Source: an uncultured archaeon
Lineage (GTDB): Archaea > Asgardarchaeota > Hermodarchaeia > Hermodarchaeales > Hermodarchaeaceae
NCBI GenBank assembly: GCA_964347045.1
Contig: CAYFXC010000001.1
Coordinates: 64,001-128,000, forward strand
Reading direction: 5' to 3'
Length of the DNA: 64,000 nucleotides
How positions within the stretch are numbered: position 1 is the stretch's first letter; every line of letters begins with the position of its first letter. Positions 10,163 to 19,087 of the stretch are shown one piece after another. The position numbers and the translations under genes are program-made. The notes under the pieces are model-generated. The model had not been told where the DNA came from. It saw nothing but the letters and a program-made list of their open reading frames with translations, and did not search any database.

Positions 10163-10196
10163 TAATTTCATTAAAATTAATGAAATTATTGAAGTA
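10163..10196. repeat. 9-bp repeat cluster 3 (head-to-head, palindromic)
   Basis: TAATTTCATTAA-aa-TTAATGAAATTA (12-bp arms), continuing into the unit ATTGAAGTA at 10188-10196. Confidence 0.8.
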
Positions 10197-10278
10197 ATCG
10201 GTTTTATTCTGTTTCTAATTAATTTTAGAGTGAGCACTGTAATAAGATAGATTAGATTAGCTCTAAAGGTGAATTAAA

Positions 10279-10857
10279 TTGATACCCAATGATGTCAGAC
10301 GGGTTTGCGTGATTTCTTTTGATTTCAAACAACACAAAGGGGTGAACCAAACGCGAAAGACACGATTCTTTAGAGAACTCTATGGTTATACCCAACAAAT
10401 TAAACAACAACTAAAGGATGGCGAAATCGTTGTACGAACTTACCATTATCCTGGAGTTCTAGAACAATTGCCCTATACTAAACTTGGAAAAAGCGTATTA
10501 GCCGTCCCACCTGGAAATGAGGGTACAATTATCAAATTGCTCCGTGCCTATGATGAAGTAGAATTCTATTACTTCATTGGATGGTTGCCAACATCTCTTT
10601 GGCCAAGAAAAGATGATGTTGAAGCTATTACGGTTAACAACCTAATTGTAACGCATGGGTATCTTTCAATTGTAAAATACATACAGAATTCTGGGATGGA
10701 AATCATCCAGCATTCCGATCTTCTTGACGCTGGATTTGATATGAATTACCTCAGCCAGGCTGTTCAATATCTTACTAATAAAAAACTCCTCACAGAAACC
10801 CAAAACGAATTAAAATTAACGAGTAAAGGAAAACAGATCATAAGTCAAGTTGAATAA
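10279..10857 (+). CDS. Hypothetical protein (possible Cas2/PaaX-like ferredoxin fold + C-terminal wHTH)
   Basis: VCVISFDF...RFFRELYGY...LGKSVLAVP pattern; C-terminal LKLTSKGK typical of a wHTH wing. Confidence 0.55.
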   Translation: MIPNDVRRVCVISFDFKQHKGVNQTRKTRFFRELYGYTQQIKQQLKDGEIVVRTYHYPGVLEQLPYTKLGKSVLAVPPGNEGTIIKLLRAYDEVEFYYFIGWLPTSLWPRKDDVEAITVNNLIVTHGYLSIVKYIQNSGMEIIQHSDLLDAGFDMNYLSQAVQYLTNKKLLTETQNELKLTSKGKQIISQVE

Positions 10858-10878
10858 CTCAAAAAAAGCCAATAGATT

Positions 10879-10908
10879 CATGTATTCAATGAGTTCAATG
10901 AAATTATT
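10879..10908 (+). repeat. 9-bp repeat cluster 4
   Basis: CATGTATTC AATGAGTTC AATGAAATT; 10886-10908 is the exact reverse complement of 11527-11549. Confidence 0.8.
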
Positions 10909-11498
10909 CATTCAGGTTTGAGAGCTAGTGGCTGCGCAAGGGCCTCTATCAGCTGTAAAATCCTGTCTTGCGTCTGTTTAAGACTACTTAGATGAGTGGG
11001 GGTTGGTTTTTCTTTATTTGTCGCAACAATGTCATACTCACGTGCGTATCTTCGAATATCCTCCGCGAGATCCTGATATCGCATTAAAGAGGGCGTATCA
11101 AATAGACCTAAGTATCCTAGGAGAACCAGGGTGAAAACAGATTTTGAAACATTTCGACGGGCCTGGGCAAGTGATCGGTTGAACGCTCCTCTACTAACAC
11201 CGCCAAGTTTTCGTGCTGTTGTTTTTTGATCTCTTAAAGATGCTTTAGTCTGATAATCGATTCGTTTTCCACCAAAACCATCAAGAAGATAATCCAGAAC
11301 TAAGGTTTCAAGCTGAACCTGGGATAACTGGCTATTTTTAGCTAACATTTGAGTAATTGGGTCTTGGAGCATTCTACGCGCCCAAGAGCGCGTCTCCGCG
11401 ATTTCGTTTTTTTGCGGCAAATACCTATCTCCATGGATACAGTTTTGTATACGTAATAACGCTGCTCTTAAAAACTCGTTGGTGTTTAAAACTTTCAA
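10908..11498 (-). CDS. Hypothetical HTH-like protein
   Basis: 196-aa ORF with GVSRGAFNRSLAQARRN recognition-helix-like segment; flanked by 23-bp inverted repeats. Confidence 0.65.
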   Translation of the reverse strand: MKVLNTNEFLRAALLRIQNCIHGDRYLPQKNEIAETRSWARRMLQDPITQMLAKNSQLSQVQLETLVLDYLLDGFGGKRIDYQTKASLRDQKTTARKLGGVSRGAFNRSLAQARRNVSKSVFTLVLLGYLGLFDTPSLMRYQDLAEDIRRYAREYDIVATNKEKPTPTHLSSLKQTQDRILQLIEALAQPLALKPE

Positions 11499-11520
11499 CT
11501 ATTGGTCAAAAAAGATTAAT

Positions 11521-11549
11521 TTATTCAATAATTTCATTGAACTCATTGA
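11521..11549 (-). repeat. 9-bp repeat cluster 5 (3 units)
   Basis: Minus strand AATGAGTTC AATGAAATT ATTGAATAA. Confidence 0.8.
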
Positions 11550-11624
11550 TAAAGAAAGTAGTCTTTAAGATAAAATGAGGTTTTTATCCTTCTAGCGTAT
11601 TCTGAATAAGTGGTGGTTTAGGAA

Positions 11625-12305
11625 ATGTCTGGGCGAAATCTTATACCATCAGGTATTCCTTCTCTGGATGAGGTAATGGGAGGTGGGATTGGTGCCGGTG
11701 AGATTCTTCAAATCTTTGGACCTGGTGGAGTTGGAAAAACGACCCTTGCATTACAGTATACAATTAAAGCTACTCAAAATGGGAATCGGGTTTTCTATGT
11801 AAATTTAGAAGGTAAATTCCCGCTAGTTCGATTGAAGCAAATGACTTCTACTGAATTCAGTAAAATTTCTCCCTTGATTACAATTGTATCTCCAGGGAGT
11901 TTTCATGAACAATCAAAATTCGTTTCCAACCTTGATTCCTTACTATCACCAGATGTCACGCTATTGGTGTTTGACACCATTGTGTCCCATTATCGAAAGG
12001 AATATGGTTCTAATACAAATAACGTGATGTTGAATCGTAAACTGAATCAACAGTTTGGGCTCGTTGCCAGTGCAGCTCGATCTTCCAATCTTTCTGTTAT
12101 TATGGTTAATCAAGTTCGCGGGGATATTAGCAACGGAGATCACTTTCTGCCTGTTGCTGAATCAGTTACATCCTATTGGAGTACCTATAGTTTACAAATC
12201 ACTAGAGCTGAATCTAAGGGCTACAGAGAATTTAAGTTGACAAAGGGCAAAGAATCTGAATCTACAATTTTGGTGATGAGCTTACAATCATCAGGATTTA
12301 GATAA
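11625..12305 (+). CDS. radB: DNA repair and recombination protein RadB
   Basis: IPSGIPSLDEVMGGG, GPGGVGKTT, VFDTIVSHYR, VNQV; RecA core only. Confidence 0.85.
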   Translation: MSGRNLIPSGIPSLDEVMGGGIGAGEILQIFGPGGVGKTTLALQYTIKATQNGNRVFYVNLEGKFPLVRLKQMTSTEFSKISPLITIVSPGSFHEQSKFVSNLDSLLSPDVTLLVFDTIVSHYRKEYGSNTNNVMLNRKLNQQFGLVASAARSSNLSVIMVNQVRGDISNGDHFLPVAESVTSYWSTYSLQITRAESKGYREFKLTKGKESESTILVMSLQSSGFR

Positions 12306-12315
12306 CCGTTACAAG

Positions 12316-12891
12316 ATGACCATAATGTCTCATCCAATCCTTCTGCTTCTTGGCTTTTGGTATGTTCTTCCGGCATATATCGCAAATGGATTTGCAGTAT
12401 TTGCTAAATTTGCCAAATCCCGACACCCAATAGATGGCGATCGTTTTTTACGAGATAGCCAACCACTGTTTGGTCCCGGGAAGACTTGGGAAGGATTTCT
12501 AATTGGTTTTATTTCTGGGGTTCTCATTGGTCTCCTTCAAGTAGTAGCAGCACCATACCTTCTTGCTTTGATTGTTCAATACTTGTATCTTCCTCCGGAG
12601 TTAGTACCTATTGTATTGGTAACTGTTCCGTTAGTGATGTTGGTTGCGTTAGGTGCACTCTTGGGTGATCTCATTGGCTCATTCATCAAACGACGTATGA
12701 AAATCACTCGAGGTCGACCAGCACCAATACTTGATCAACTTGATTTTCTTCTTATGGCGATGCTTCTTGGTGCTCTAGTAATACCAATTCCTTTGGTTAT
12801 CGCTATCTTCTTACTAATCGTGACTCCTTTAATTCATCTCCTTGCTAATATCATTGGCTATTTTCTCGGGTTGAAAAAAGAACCTTGGTAA
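12316..12891 (+). CDS. carS: CDP-archaeol synthase
   Basis: LPAYIANG, GKTWEGF, GDLIGSFIKRR, LDQLDF, LGLKKEPW. Confidence 0.95.
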   Translation: MTIMSHPILLLLGFWYVLPAYIANGFAVFAKFAKSRHPIDGDRFLRDSQPLFGPGKTWEGFLIGFISGVLIGLLQVVAAPYLLALIVQYLYLPPELVPIVLVTVPLVMLVALGALLGDLIGSFIKRRMKITRGRPAPILDQLDFLLMAMLLGALVIPIPLVIAIFLLIVTPLIHLLANIIGYFLGLKKEPW

Positions 12892-12930
12892 CCAAATAAT
12901 GGAAACCTAATCTTTAGGGAAAACCATTTA

Positions 12931-13365
12931 CTATCCAAGTAAGGAAGCCAGTCGTAACTTTTCAGTGATTAGCCATTGACAGGTAAAGAATGAGATTAGA
13001 ATTAGAACCAACCCTATTGAAAGCATCATCTGAGAGTATCGCGGTCTGTAAATGTTCCTAGTACTTTGGTACATTAGATAGAAGCCTGCAAATCCTACAA
13101 AATAGAGAACGCCACCAACTATTCCCTCAATCAAAAGTTGGCGGTGTATTCCTGGGTACAGCGTAAGAATTCCTTCACCTGTGTCAATTACAGGCTGGGT
13201 TTCGTATGAGAGTACAAACATTCCTCCGCTCACTACAAAGTAATACACTACTAATATCACAGCGAATATTATCCACTTGGAGGGCATACGAAGTTCGCCA
13301 AATTGGGGCCTTCGAAGTTTTAGCCGTGGTTTTCGAATGAATTTCGGCCACCAAAGGTCTGACAT
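12931..13365 (-). CDS. Oligosaccharyltransferase subunit OSTC/DC2-like (OST3/6 family)
   Basis: PRLKLRRP...MPS..IFAVILVVYYFVVSGG...QLLIEG pattern recalls eukaryotic OSTC; three TM segments. Confidence 0.75.
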   Translation of the reverse strand: MSDLWWPKFIRKPRLKLRRPQFGELRMPSKWIIFAVILVVYYFVVSGGMFVLSYETQPVIDTGEGILTLYPGIHRQLLIEGIVGGVLYFVGFAGFYLMYQSTRNIYRPRYSQMMLSIGLVLILISFFTCQWLITEKLRLASLLG

Positions 13366-13473
13366 CTATTCACCAACATAGGCTAGTGGACCTGATTTAG
13401 ACCATACGAACTCTATATATTCTTTACTCTCGTATCCCCTCACTAGGTAAAATGGCGAGAAAGGGATTAGTGT

Positions 13474-14010
13474 ATGGGTCACCAAAAACCAGTTTCAGGA
13501 ATGCGTGCAACACTACTTTTTTTACTTTATCCACTCGTTGGAGAATTACTGTTCATTGATACAATAATTAAAGACAAATATGCGCGTCGGCGTATACGTG
13601 CAGTATTCACCCTTGTGGTATTGGCTACCGCCGCGATTAGCTTTGCTGCCGCAGAGCTTATTCTTTTAATCACAGGTGGCACCCTTTCAAATCCGATATT
13701 GTCCATGCCTATTCGTTACACGATAACCGGCATTACAACCCTTGTGTTTCTTATTCTTTTCCTCGATGAGGGTCGGAGAGGACGAATTTCCTTAAAAGAG
13801 CAAATCGACGTTCCTGAAGATCGCATCTCGTTACTCGTTAATGACTCACGTGACATTTTCATTACGCTTAATCGGATTCTTAACGCTGCACAACTTCGTA
13901 GACATAATTCCCCTGAATGCGAAAACTCTCGTTTAGCCAGCTATGCTTTAACCGTATTAGGCGAATATCTCCAAACACGCGTCTTCTCAGAAACCTCAAA
14001 TGAAACCTGA
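13474..14010 (+). CDS. Hypothetical membrane protein
   Basis: 178-aa ORF with 2-3 hydrophobic segments. Confidence 0.6.
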   Translation: MGHQKPVSGMRATLLFLLYPLVGELLFIDTIIKDKYARRRIRAVFTLVVLATAAISFAAAELILLITGGTLSNPILSMPIRYTITGITTLVFLILFLDEGRRGRISLKEQIDVPEDRISLLVNDSRDIFITLNRILNAAQLRRHNSPECENSRLASYALTVLGEYLQTRVFSETSNET

Positions 14011-14130
14011 ATTGTCATTCAACAAATCTCTGAAATTCCACCTGAGAGCGCAGTTCACTTATCTTCAACTCTGTCTGCTCTTTTATTACACGCGCTCAAT
14101 GTTCAAAACACAGCAAACGGAGAACACAGG

Positions 14131-15351
14131 ATGGAGATCATTCGGCATGAGTTACAGCGCCCATCTGTCTTCATCGATGAGGCGAAGTTGTCCATCGATT
14201 ATGTTCCTCCCCACCTTCCTCATCGTGAGGAACATCTACGCAAGTTAACTCAGTTGTTTCGCGGTGTAATCGAGACGCCTGGTCGGGTGTCGCAAAAAGT
14301 GCTAATTGTTGGTGATACTGGGTCAGGAAAAACCTCTGTAACAAAGCTCTTTGGAAAACTACTAGGTGAGATCGCACAGAGTCATGGGTTTAATCTAGTA
14401 TATGTGCATGTTAATGCGCGCCGTGAACGAACGGAATACATGATTCTGAATAAGATTCTCTCAGCGTTTCAGACAGGTATTCCGCTCCGGGGGCTATCAA
14501 CGCAAGAACTCCTTTCAATAATTCTGGAGTATATTGAATCAAATAATCTCTATCTGCTCGTAACACTGGATGAACTCGGTGTTTTTCTTCAACGTCGTGG
14601 GGAAGAGCTACTCTATTTGTTATCACGCACCGTCGATGATCAACTCAATGCCCAACAGCGTATCTCCCTAATTGGGATAAGCCGTAGTCCATTGTTTGGC
14701 TACATTCTTGATTCGAGTACATGGAGCACGCTTCAGAAGAATATGTTGCGATTTGACCGTTATAATTCCTGTCAACTTCGGGACATCCTGAATTTTCGGG
14801 TAAAAGAGGCAGTGTTGGACGGGGCAGTTCCATCTAGCACAATCGATTTGATAGCTGACATAGCGAGTGCCTCTGGAGACGCACGCTTCGCCTTAGAAGT
14901 GTTGTACAATGCAGGTAAAGTGGCCGATGAAAAGGGCGTGCTTCGCATATTGCCCGAATATGTACGAAGTGCGAAGGCTTTCATTACGCCTGAGATACGA
15001 CGAGAAGTCCTCGTGGATTTGTCAACGCATCGAATTCTCCTTCTGCTTGCCGTTTGCAGATTATTGAAGTCCTCAGAAGATGCCTATGTCACTACTGGCG
15101 CACTTGAAGCGCGCTATGGGCTTGTCTGCGAAGAATATGTCCAGCCTCCTCGGTCTCACACTCAAATTTGGACATACATTCAAGACCTTGTTGGATTAGG
15201 AGTTCTCGCTACGAAGATTTCCAGTATTGGACAACGTGGGAAAACTACTCTAATCAGCCTGCCTGACGTTCCTGCCTCCGTCTTAGAACGTGAACTAGAA
15301 CTACTTCTTGAAAGAAGGAAAGTGGGTGTAAAACGTGATGGAAGAACCTAA
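14131..15351 (+). CDS. cdc6: Orc1/Cdc6 paralog (RFC-linked copy)
   Basis: YVPPHLPHRE, GDTGSGKT, VTLDEL, GDARFALE, GQRGKTTLISL. Confidence 0.93.
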   Translation: MEIIRHELQRPSVFIDEAKLSIDYVPPHLPHREEHLRKLTQLFRGVIETPGRVSQKVLIVGDTGSGKTSVTKLFGKLLGEIAQSHGFNLVYVHVNARRERTEYMILNKILSAFQTGIPLRGLSTQELLSIILEYIESNNLYLLVTLDELGVFLQRRGEELLYLLSRTVDDQLNAQQRISLIGISRSPLFGYILDSSTWSTLQKNMLRFDRYNSCQLRDILNFRVKEAVLDGAVPSSTIDLIADIASASGDARFALEVLYNAGKVADEKGVLRILPEYVRSAKAFITPEIRREVLVDLSTHRILLLLAVCRLLKSSEDAYVTTGALEARYGLVCEEYVQPPRSHTQIWTYIQDLVGLGVLATKISSIGQRGKTTLISLPDVPASVLERELELLLERRKVGVKRDGRT

Positions 15352-15655
15352 CACTCCACTTCTTGGTCCACTATCGGATGATCGACCTATTTCCGTTGAG
15401 ATTCTCTTTTCCTCCCGCGGGCGAATTAGGATTATTCGTCTTCTAGCTGAGTGCGGAGAATTGAACATCTCTGAGATCGCTAGGAGAACTCAGCTGAATC
15501 ATAGTACAACGCGAAGACATCTTCAACTTCTAGAACGTGCAAAACTTGTTCAGGAGAAGACGTTTGGTCGAATTCGGATATATCGCTACAAGATTGAGAA
15601 TCTTCGGGCTCTAGCCCTTCGAAGGTTTATCGAACTATGGGAAAAATCCGAGTGA
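15335..15655 (+). CDS. ArsR-family winged-helix protein
   Basis: LNISEIARRTQLNHSTTRRHLQLL...FGRIRIY; overlaps the cdc6 stop. Confidence 0.85.
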   Translation: MMEEPNTPLLGPLSDDRPISVEILFSSRGRIRIIRLLAECGELNISEIARRTQLNHSTTRRHLQLLERAKLVQEKTFGRIRIYRYKIENLRALALRRFIELWEKSE

Positions 15656-15667
15656 AATGGGGGGGGG

Positions 15668-16897
15668 TTAGTCCTTCAGGATGAATTGAATTAGTTCCTC
15701 TGATAATTCTAAATCTCTTTTTATCAGTTCCTTCTGTGCTGGTATTCTAATTAGGGCTTTGAGAAGTGGTTTGTATTCTCTGTATGCTTTTTTAGCGGAG
15801 AGATGAACGATGGGAGAAAGAGTCTGACCGATTAGTGAGCGTTTTTGGCGTAGTCCCCGGGAGAATCCCATTTGTCTTATCCATTCTGGAAAACGGTATT
15901 CGGAGGGTTTTGATGTTGGTTTTCCACCCATTATTGAGCCAGAAAGACTCATGAGTTCCTTGGAGTATGGGAGAAATCTCCAATTTTGAGTTCGAGTGAT
16001 TCGACGATTGAAAATGCTGGCTCTAGATAGATATTCCCATCCTTTCTTTTGTTGTGATAAATCAGGAAAAACTACTGGGATGTTGTTACTAATCCATCGA
16101 ATTAGTTCGTCTGGGTATACATCTGTCTGGTTCGCCACAAAGATGGCATCTCTCCAAGTCTCTGCAAAAAAAATCCTTTCAAGAGCTGTATTGATATCGA
16201 TTCTTTGATCTCTTGTTCTTAAAAGATCGTTGACTCTTTTGGTAGTGATTTCTATTCCAGATTCTCCAAGTTTCTGCAAATCATTAATGGCTGCCCTTAA
16301 ATCTCCACGAGAGCTTGATGCAAGTAATTCTAATGTTGGTTCTTCGATTGTCAGGGATTCAGCAGCGCAGAGACTTTTGAGTTTCTTTATAATTTCCCGG
16401 TCAGTAATTGGTTCAAACTCAATAAATGTAGTTATTTTCAGTAAAGGTCGAATTTTGGAATCTGAAACATCATTAGTAATCAGAATAATTGGAACTTGTG
16501 TTTCTTGGATATTATCCTTGATAGCTGAGGCTGCTCCTCTATCTGACTTTCCACTTAATCCACCTAGTTCATCGATTAATACAATTCGTCCCCGTTTACC
16601 TGTGAGAGTTCCAGTCTTTGTAGAGGTTTTTAACAGCTCATTTATCATTTTCTTACTTCTTTTGACACTCGCATTGATCTCAAAAACCTCAAAATTAAAT
16701 TCATTCGCGATTGTATACACTGCGATTGTTTTTCCGACACCAGCTGGACCAAATAACATGAGTGCCCTTTGATTTCGAATTATGCCTTTGGGCCACTTAT
16801 GCAGCCACTCTGTGATTTTTGTAACTGCTGCCTTGTTACCCACAATTTCACTGATTTGTTGGGGTTTGTATTTTTCAACCCAAGGTTGGTTTTTCAT
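15668..16897 (-). CDS. rfcL: Replication factor C large subunit
   Basis: PWVEKYKP, GPAGVGKT, EINAS, GDLRAAINDLQ. Confidence 0.92.
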   Translation of the reverse strand: MKNQPWVEKYKPQQISEIVGNKAAVTKITEWLHKWPKGIIRNQRALMLFGPAGVGKTIAVYTIANEFNFEVFEINASVKRSKKMINELLKTSTKTGTLTGKRGRIVLIDELGGLSGKSDRGAASAIKDNIQETQVPIILITNDVSDSKIRPLLKITTFIEFEPITDREIIKKLKSLCAAESLTIEEPTLELLASSSRGDLRAAINDLQKLGESGIEITTKRVNDLLRTRDQRIDINTALERIFFAETWRDAIFVANQTDVYPDELIRWISNNIPVVFPDLSQQKKGWEYLSRASIFNRRITRTQNWRFLPYSKELMSLSGSIMGGKPTSKPSEYRFPEWIRQMGFSRGLRQKRSLIGQTLSPIVHLSAKKAYREYKPLLKALIRIPAQKELIKRDLELSEELIQFILKD

Positions 16898-17868
16898 TTT
16901 TCAATATCACGTGATTGGGCTATTAATGCAAATCTTGCGAGGATGTGGCTCAATTGAATTTCCGGGTCAGCTCCTTCTGTTAATCGAAATTCAGCTTCAC
17001 CGACCATGTCTACCATCTGAACTTTGATCATTTCGTCAATGCCTAATTTCATAACTTCACGATGAACTTGCCTAATGATATCCGTTCCTGACAGTCCCTG
17101 CCAAATTAAGAGGTTTCTAAGTTTTTCTTGGGCTTCTATGAAATTACCGTTTAACGCTGATTGGAGCATTTGGCTGACATCTTCTGGACGTGCTTTTCCA
17201 GTTGTTGTGAATACCGCATCTGCATCAACTTGCTTTTCAATAACAGATGCAGCTTGAAGCACATTGATTGCCCGTCGTAAATCTCCTCCTGATACATAAA
17301 GAATCGCTTGAGTTCCCTCATCAGTTAATTTCACCTGTTCCTGCTTTGCGATGTAATCAATTCTCTTGGTTAATTCCTTTTCATTGAGTCGAGGAAATCT
17401 GAAAATTGCGCATCGCGATTGAATGGGATCAATTATTCGGCTTGAAAAATTAACGATTAGGCAGAATCTGCAACTGGAAACATATCGTTCCATAGTACGG
17501 CGAAGGGCATGTTGTGCATCTCGAGTCAGGTTATCGGCTTCATCTAATGATATAATCTTATAGGGGGCATTGCCCAAAGGACGAGTGCGTGCAAAGCTCT
17601 TAACACGATCTCGAATCACATCAATCCCTCGTGCATCCGAGGCGTTCAATTCGATAAAATTTCCTGTAAATTGATCGCCGTATAATTCATTGGCAAAAGC
17701 TATAATGGCGGTTGTTTTTCCGGTTCCTGCGGGGCCAGCGAAGAGGAGGTGTGGTAAATCGCGTTCTGTTAGGAATTTTTGTAATCGATCAATTATTGGC
17801 TTTTGACCGATGATCTCTTTAAGTTTCTTGGGTCGGTATTTCTCGGTCCACATCCAATGTTCTGACAT
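16894..17868 (-). CDS. rfcS: Replication factor C small subunit
   Basis: WTEKYRP, GPAGTGKTT, ELNASDARG, LDEAD, IQSRC. Confidence 0.97.
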   Translation of the reverse strand: MSEHWMWTEKYRPKKLKEIIGQKPIIDRLQKFLTERDLPHLLFAGPAGTGKTTAIIAFANELYGDQFTGNFIELNASDARGIDVIRDRVKSFARTRPLGNAPYKIISLDEADNLTRDAQHALRRTMERYVSSCRFCLIVNFSSRIIDPIQSRCAIFRFPRLNEKELTKRIDYIAKQEQVKLTDEGTQAILYVSGGDLRRAINVLQAASVIEKQVDADAVFTTTGKARPEDVSQMLQSALNGNFIEAQEKLRNLLIWQGLSGTDIIRQVHREVMKLGIDEMIKVQMVDMVGEAEFRLTEGADPEIQLSHILARFALIAQSRDIEK

Positions 17869-17946
17869 GTTCCTTATAACCTCGAATAGAATGTAGGGAG
17901 TTCCTCGTTTAAGTTTTCGGCGGTATAAGAAACTTAATTCATTGGT

Positions 17947-19065
17947 TTAATGTGATATGATTCGTTTGGTTGATCGTTTCATTTTTAGAGTCAGTAATGA
18001 GGTTCCAATTGTTATACAACTGACGGTAATAATGCTGATTTGATGGAGGATGGGAAGCCAGATTAACGATAAGGTGGGCTCGATGGATTGAATAAACGGG
18101 TTATGAGGAGGACTTGCAATAATCCCGATAATAGACTTTGTTCTACTATAGCCTGGGTTTCCGTTATATCGAAGTATAAAATATCGGTTGCTTTGAATAA
18201 GTTCAATGACATCGTATAAGTCGAAGTGAAATCGTCCATTGTTTTCAGTTTGAGTGGTTTTTAGTAATACGCCAGATTCAAGGAGTAATTCAATTGAAGC
18301 ATTTGCAAGAGCCTGTCCTGAAGAGGTGTCTAATCTTCCTTGAAGAAAATAACCATTTGATGGATGCCAAAACGTAGGAAGCCCAATAAAATGCACAGTG
18401 AAGTTTTGAATCCAAAATTCGAATGAATATTCAGTTCCATTGTAATATCCTTGGTTGAAGCTTTTGATTGTAAATATGATGTGGGCTTCGGCTGTTTGAT
18501 TCAATATGCAACTGAAAATCAAAGGTCCACTTTGAAGAGTTGTTTTTTGTGCAAGTATTTGGTTTGGTTCCATAATGAATTGAACTGTAACACCTACGAG
18601 AGGATTCGAATTGTCATCTGTAATTAGGGTGTGAAAGAACAGGCGTTGGCCTATTCGAACTACTGAACCAATAGGTTCTCCCGTTTCATCAGTCACATTG
18701 ATCTGATTTTGAATTTGAGCAAAAATGGTTAGTGGAATTGGGACCATACTTGGTAGGAGGTATCTTTCGGGATCTCCACGAAATGTGGCGTTTAATTGAA
18801 CAAAACCAAGTTCGTGGATTAAGGGAATCATCCAGATGAACTGTGCAACACCCGTGGAATTTGTTATGGCTGTTCCTAAGAGCTCATTGTGAGTTTCATG
18901 AAAGAAATACACTGTGGCATTTTCAATTGGGGTACCGTTTTGGTTCTTTAGTTGGACGGAGAGAGCAATTGGCATTCCTCTGAATGCACTAGTTTGAGCC
19001 GTGGGTAATGGAAAAGGTGATGCTGCTAATGTTGAAACAAGTAACAAAACCACCAATACATTCAT
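17947..19065 (-). CDS. Secreted/membrane-anchored Ig-like repeat protein
   Basis: Signal peptide, beta-rich repeats (TNSTGVAQF, TENNGRF), C-terminal TM and basic tail, several N-x-S/T sequons. Confidence 0.7.
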   Translation of the reverse strand: MNVLVVLLLVSTLAASPFPLPTAQTSAFRGMPIALSVQLKNQNGTPIENATVYFFHETHNELLGTAITNSTGVAQFIWMIPLIHELGFVQLNATFRGDPERYLLPSMVPIPLTIFAQIQNQINVTDETGEPIGSVVRIGQRLFFHTLITDDNSNPLVGVTVQFIMEPNQILAQKTTLQSGPLIFSCILNQTAEAHIIFTIKSFNQGYYNGTEYSFEFWIQNFTVHFIGLPTFWHPSNGYFLQGRLDTSSGQALANASIELLLESGVLLKTTQTENNGRFHFDLYDVIELIQSNRYFILRYNGNPGYSRTKSIIGIIASPPHNPFIQSIEPTLSLIWLPILHQISIITVSCITIGTSLLTLKMKRSTKRIISH

Positions 19066-19087
19066 TTAACTCAGTCTCTCTCCTCGA

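Noticed and set aside
5251-11549. CRISPR array interpretation of the repeats
   Set aside because: Units are 9 bp, tandem, without spacers and spread over separate intergenic regions; no cas genes
10886-11549. IS element/MITE
   Set aside because: The enclosed ORF shows no transposase motifs I can recognise, no target-site duplication is apparent, and the repeats belong to a wider local family
14000-14248. 82-aa ORF between the membrane gene and the second cdc6, and the other short overlapping ORFs in the track
   Set aside because: Overlap well-supported genes in other frames or strands and show no recognisable motifs
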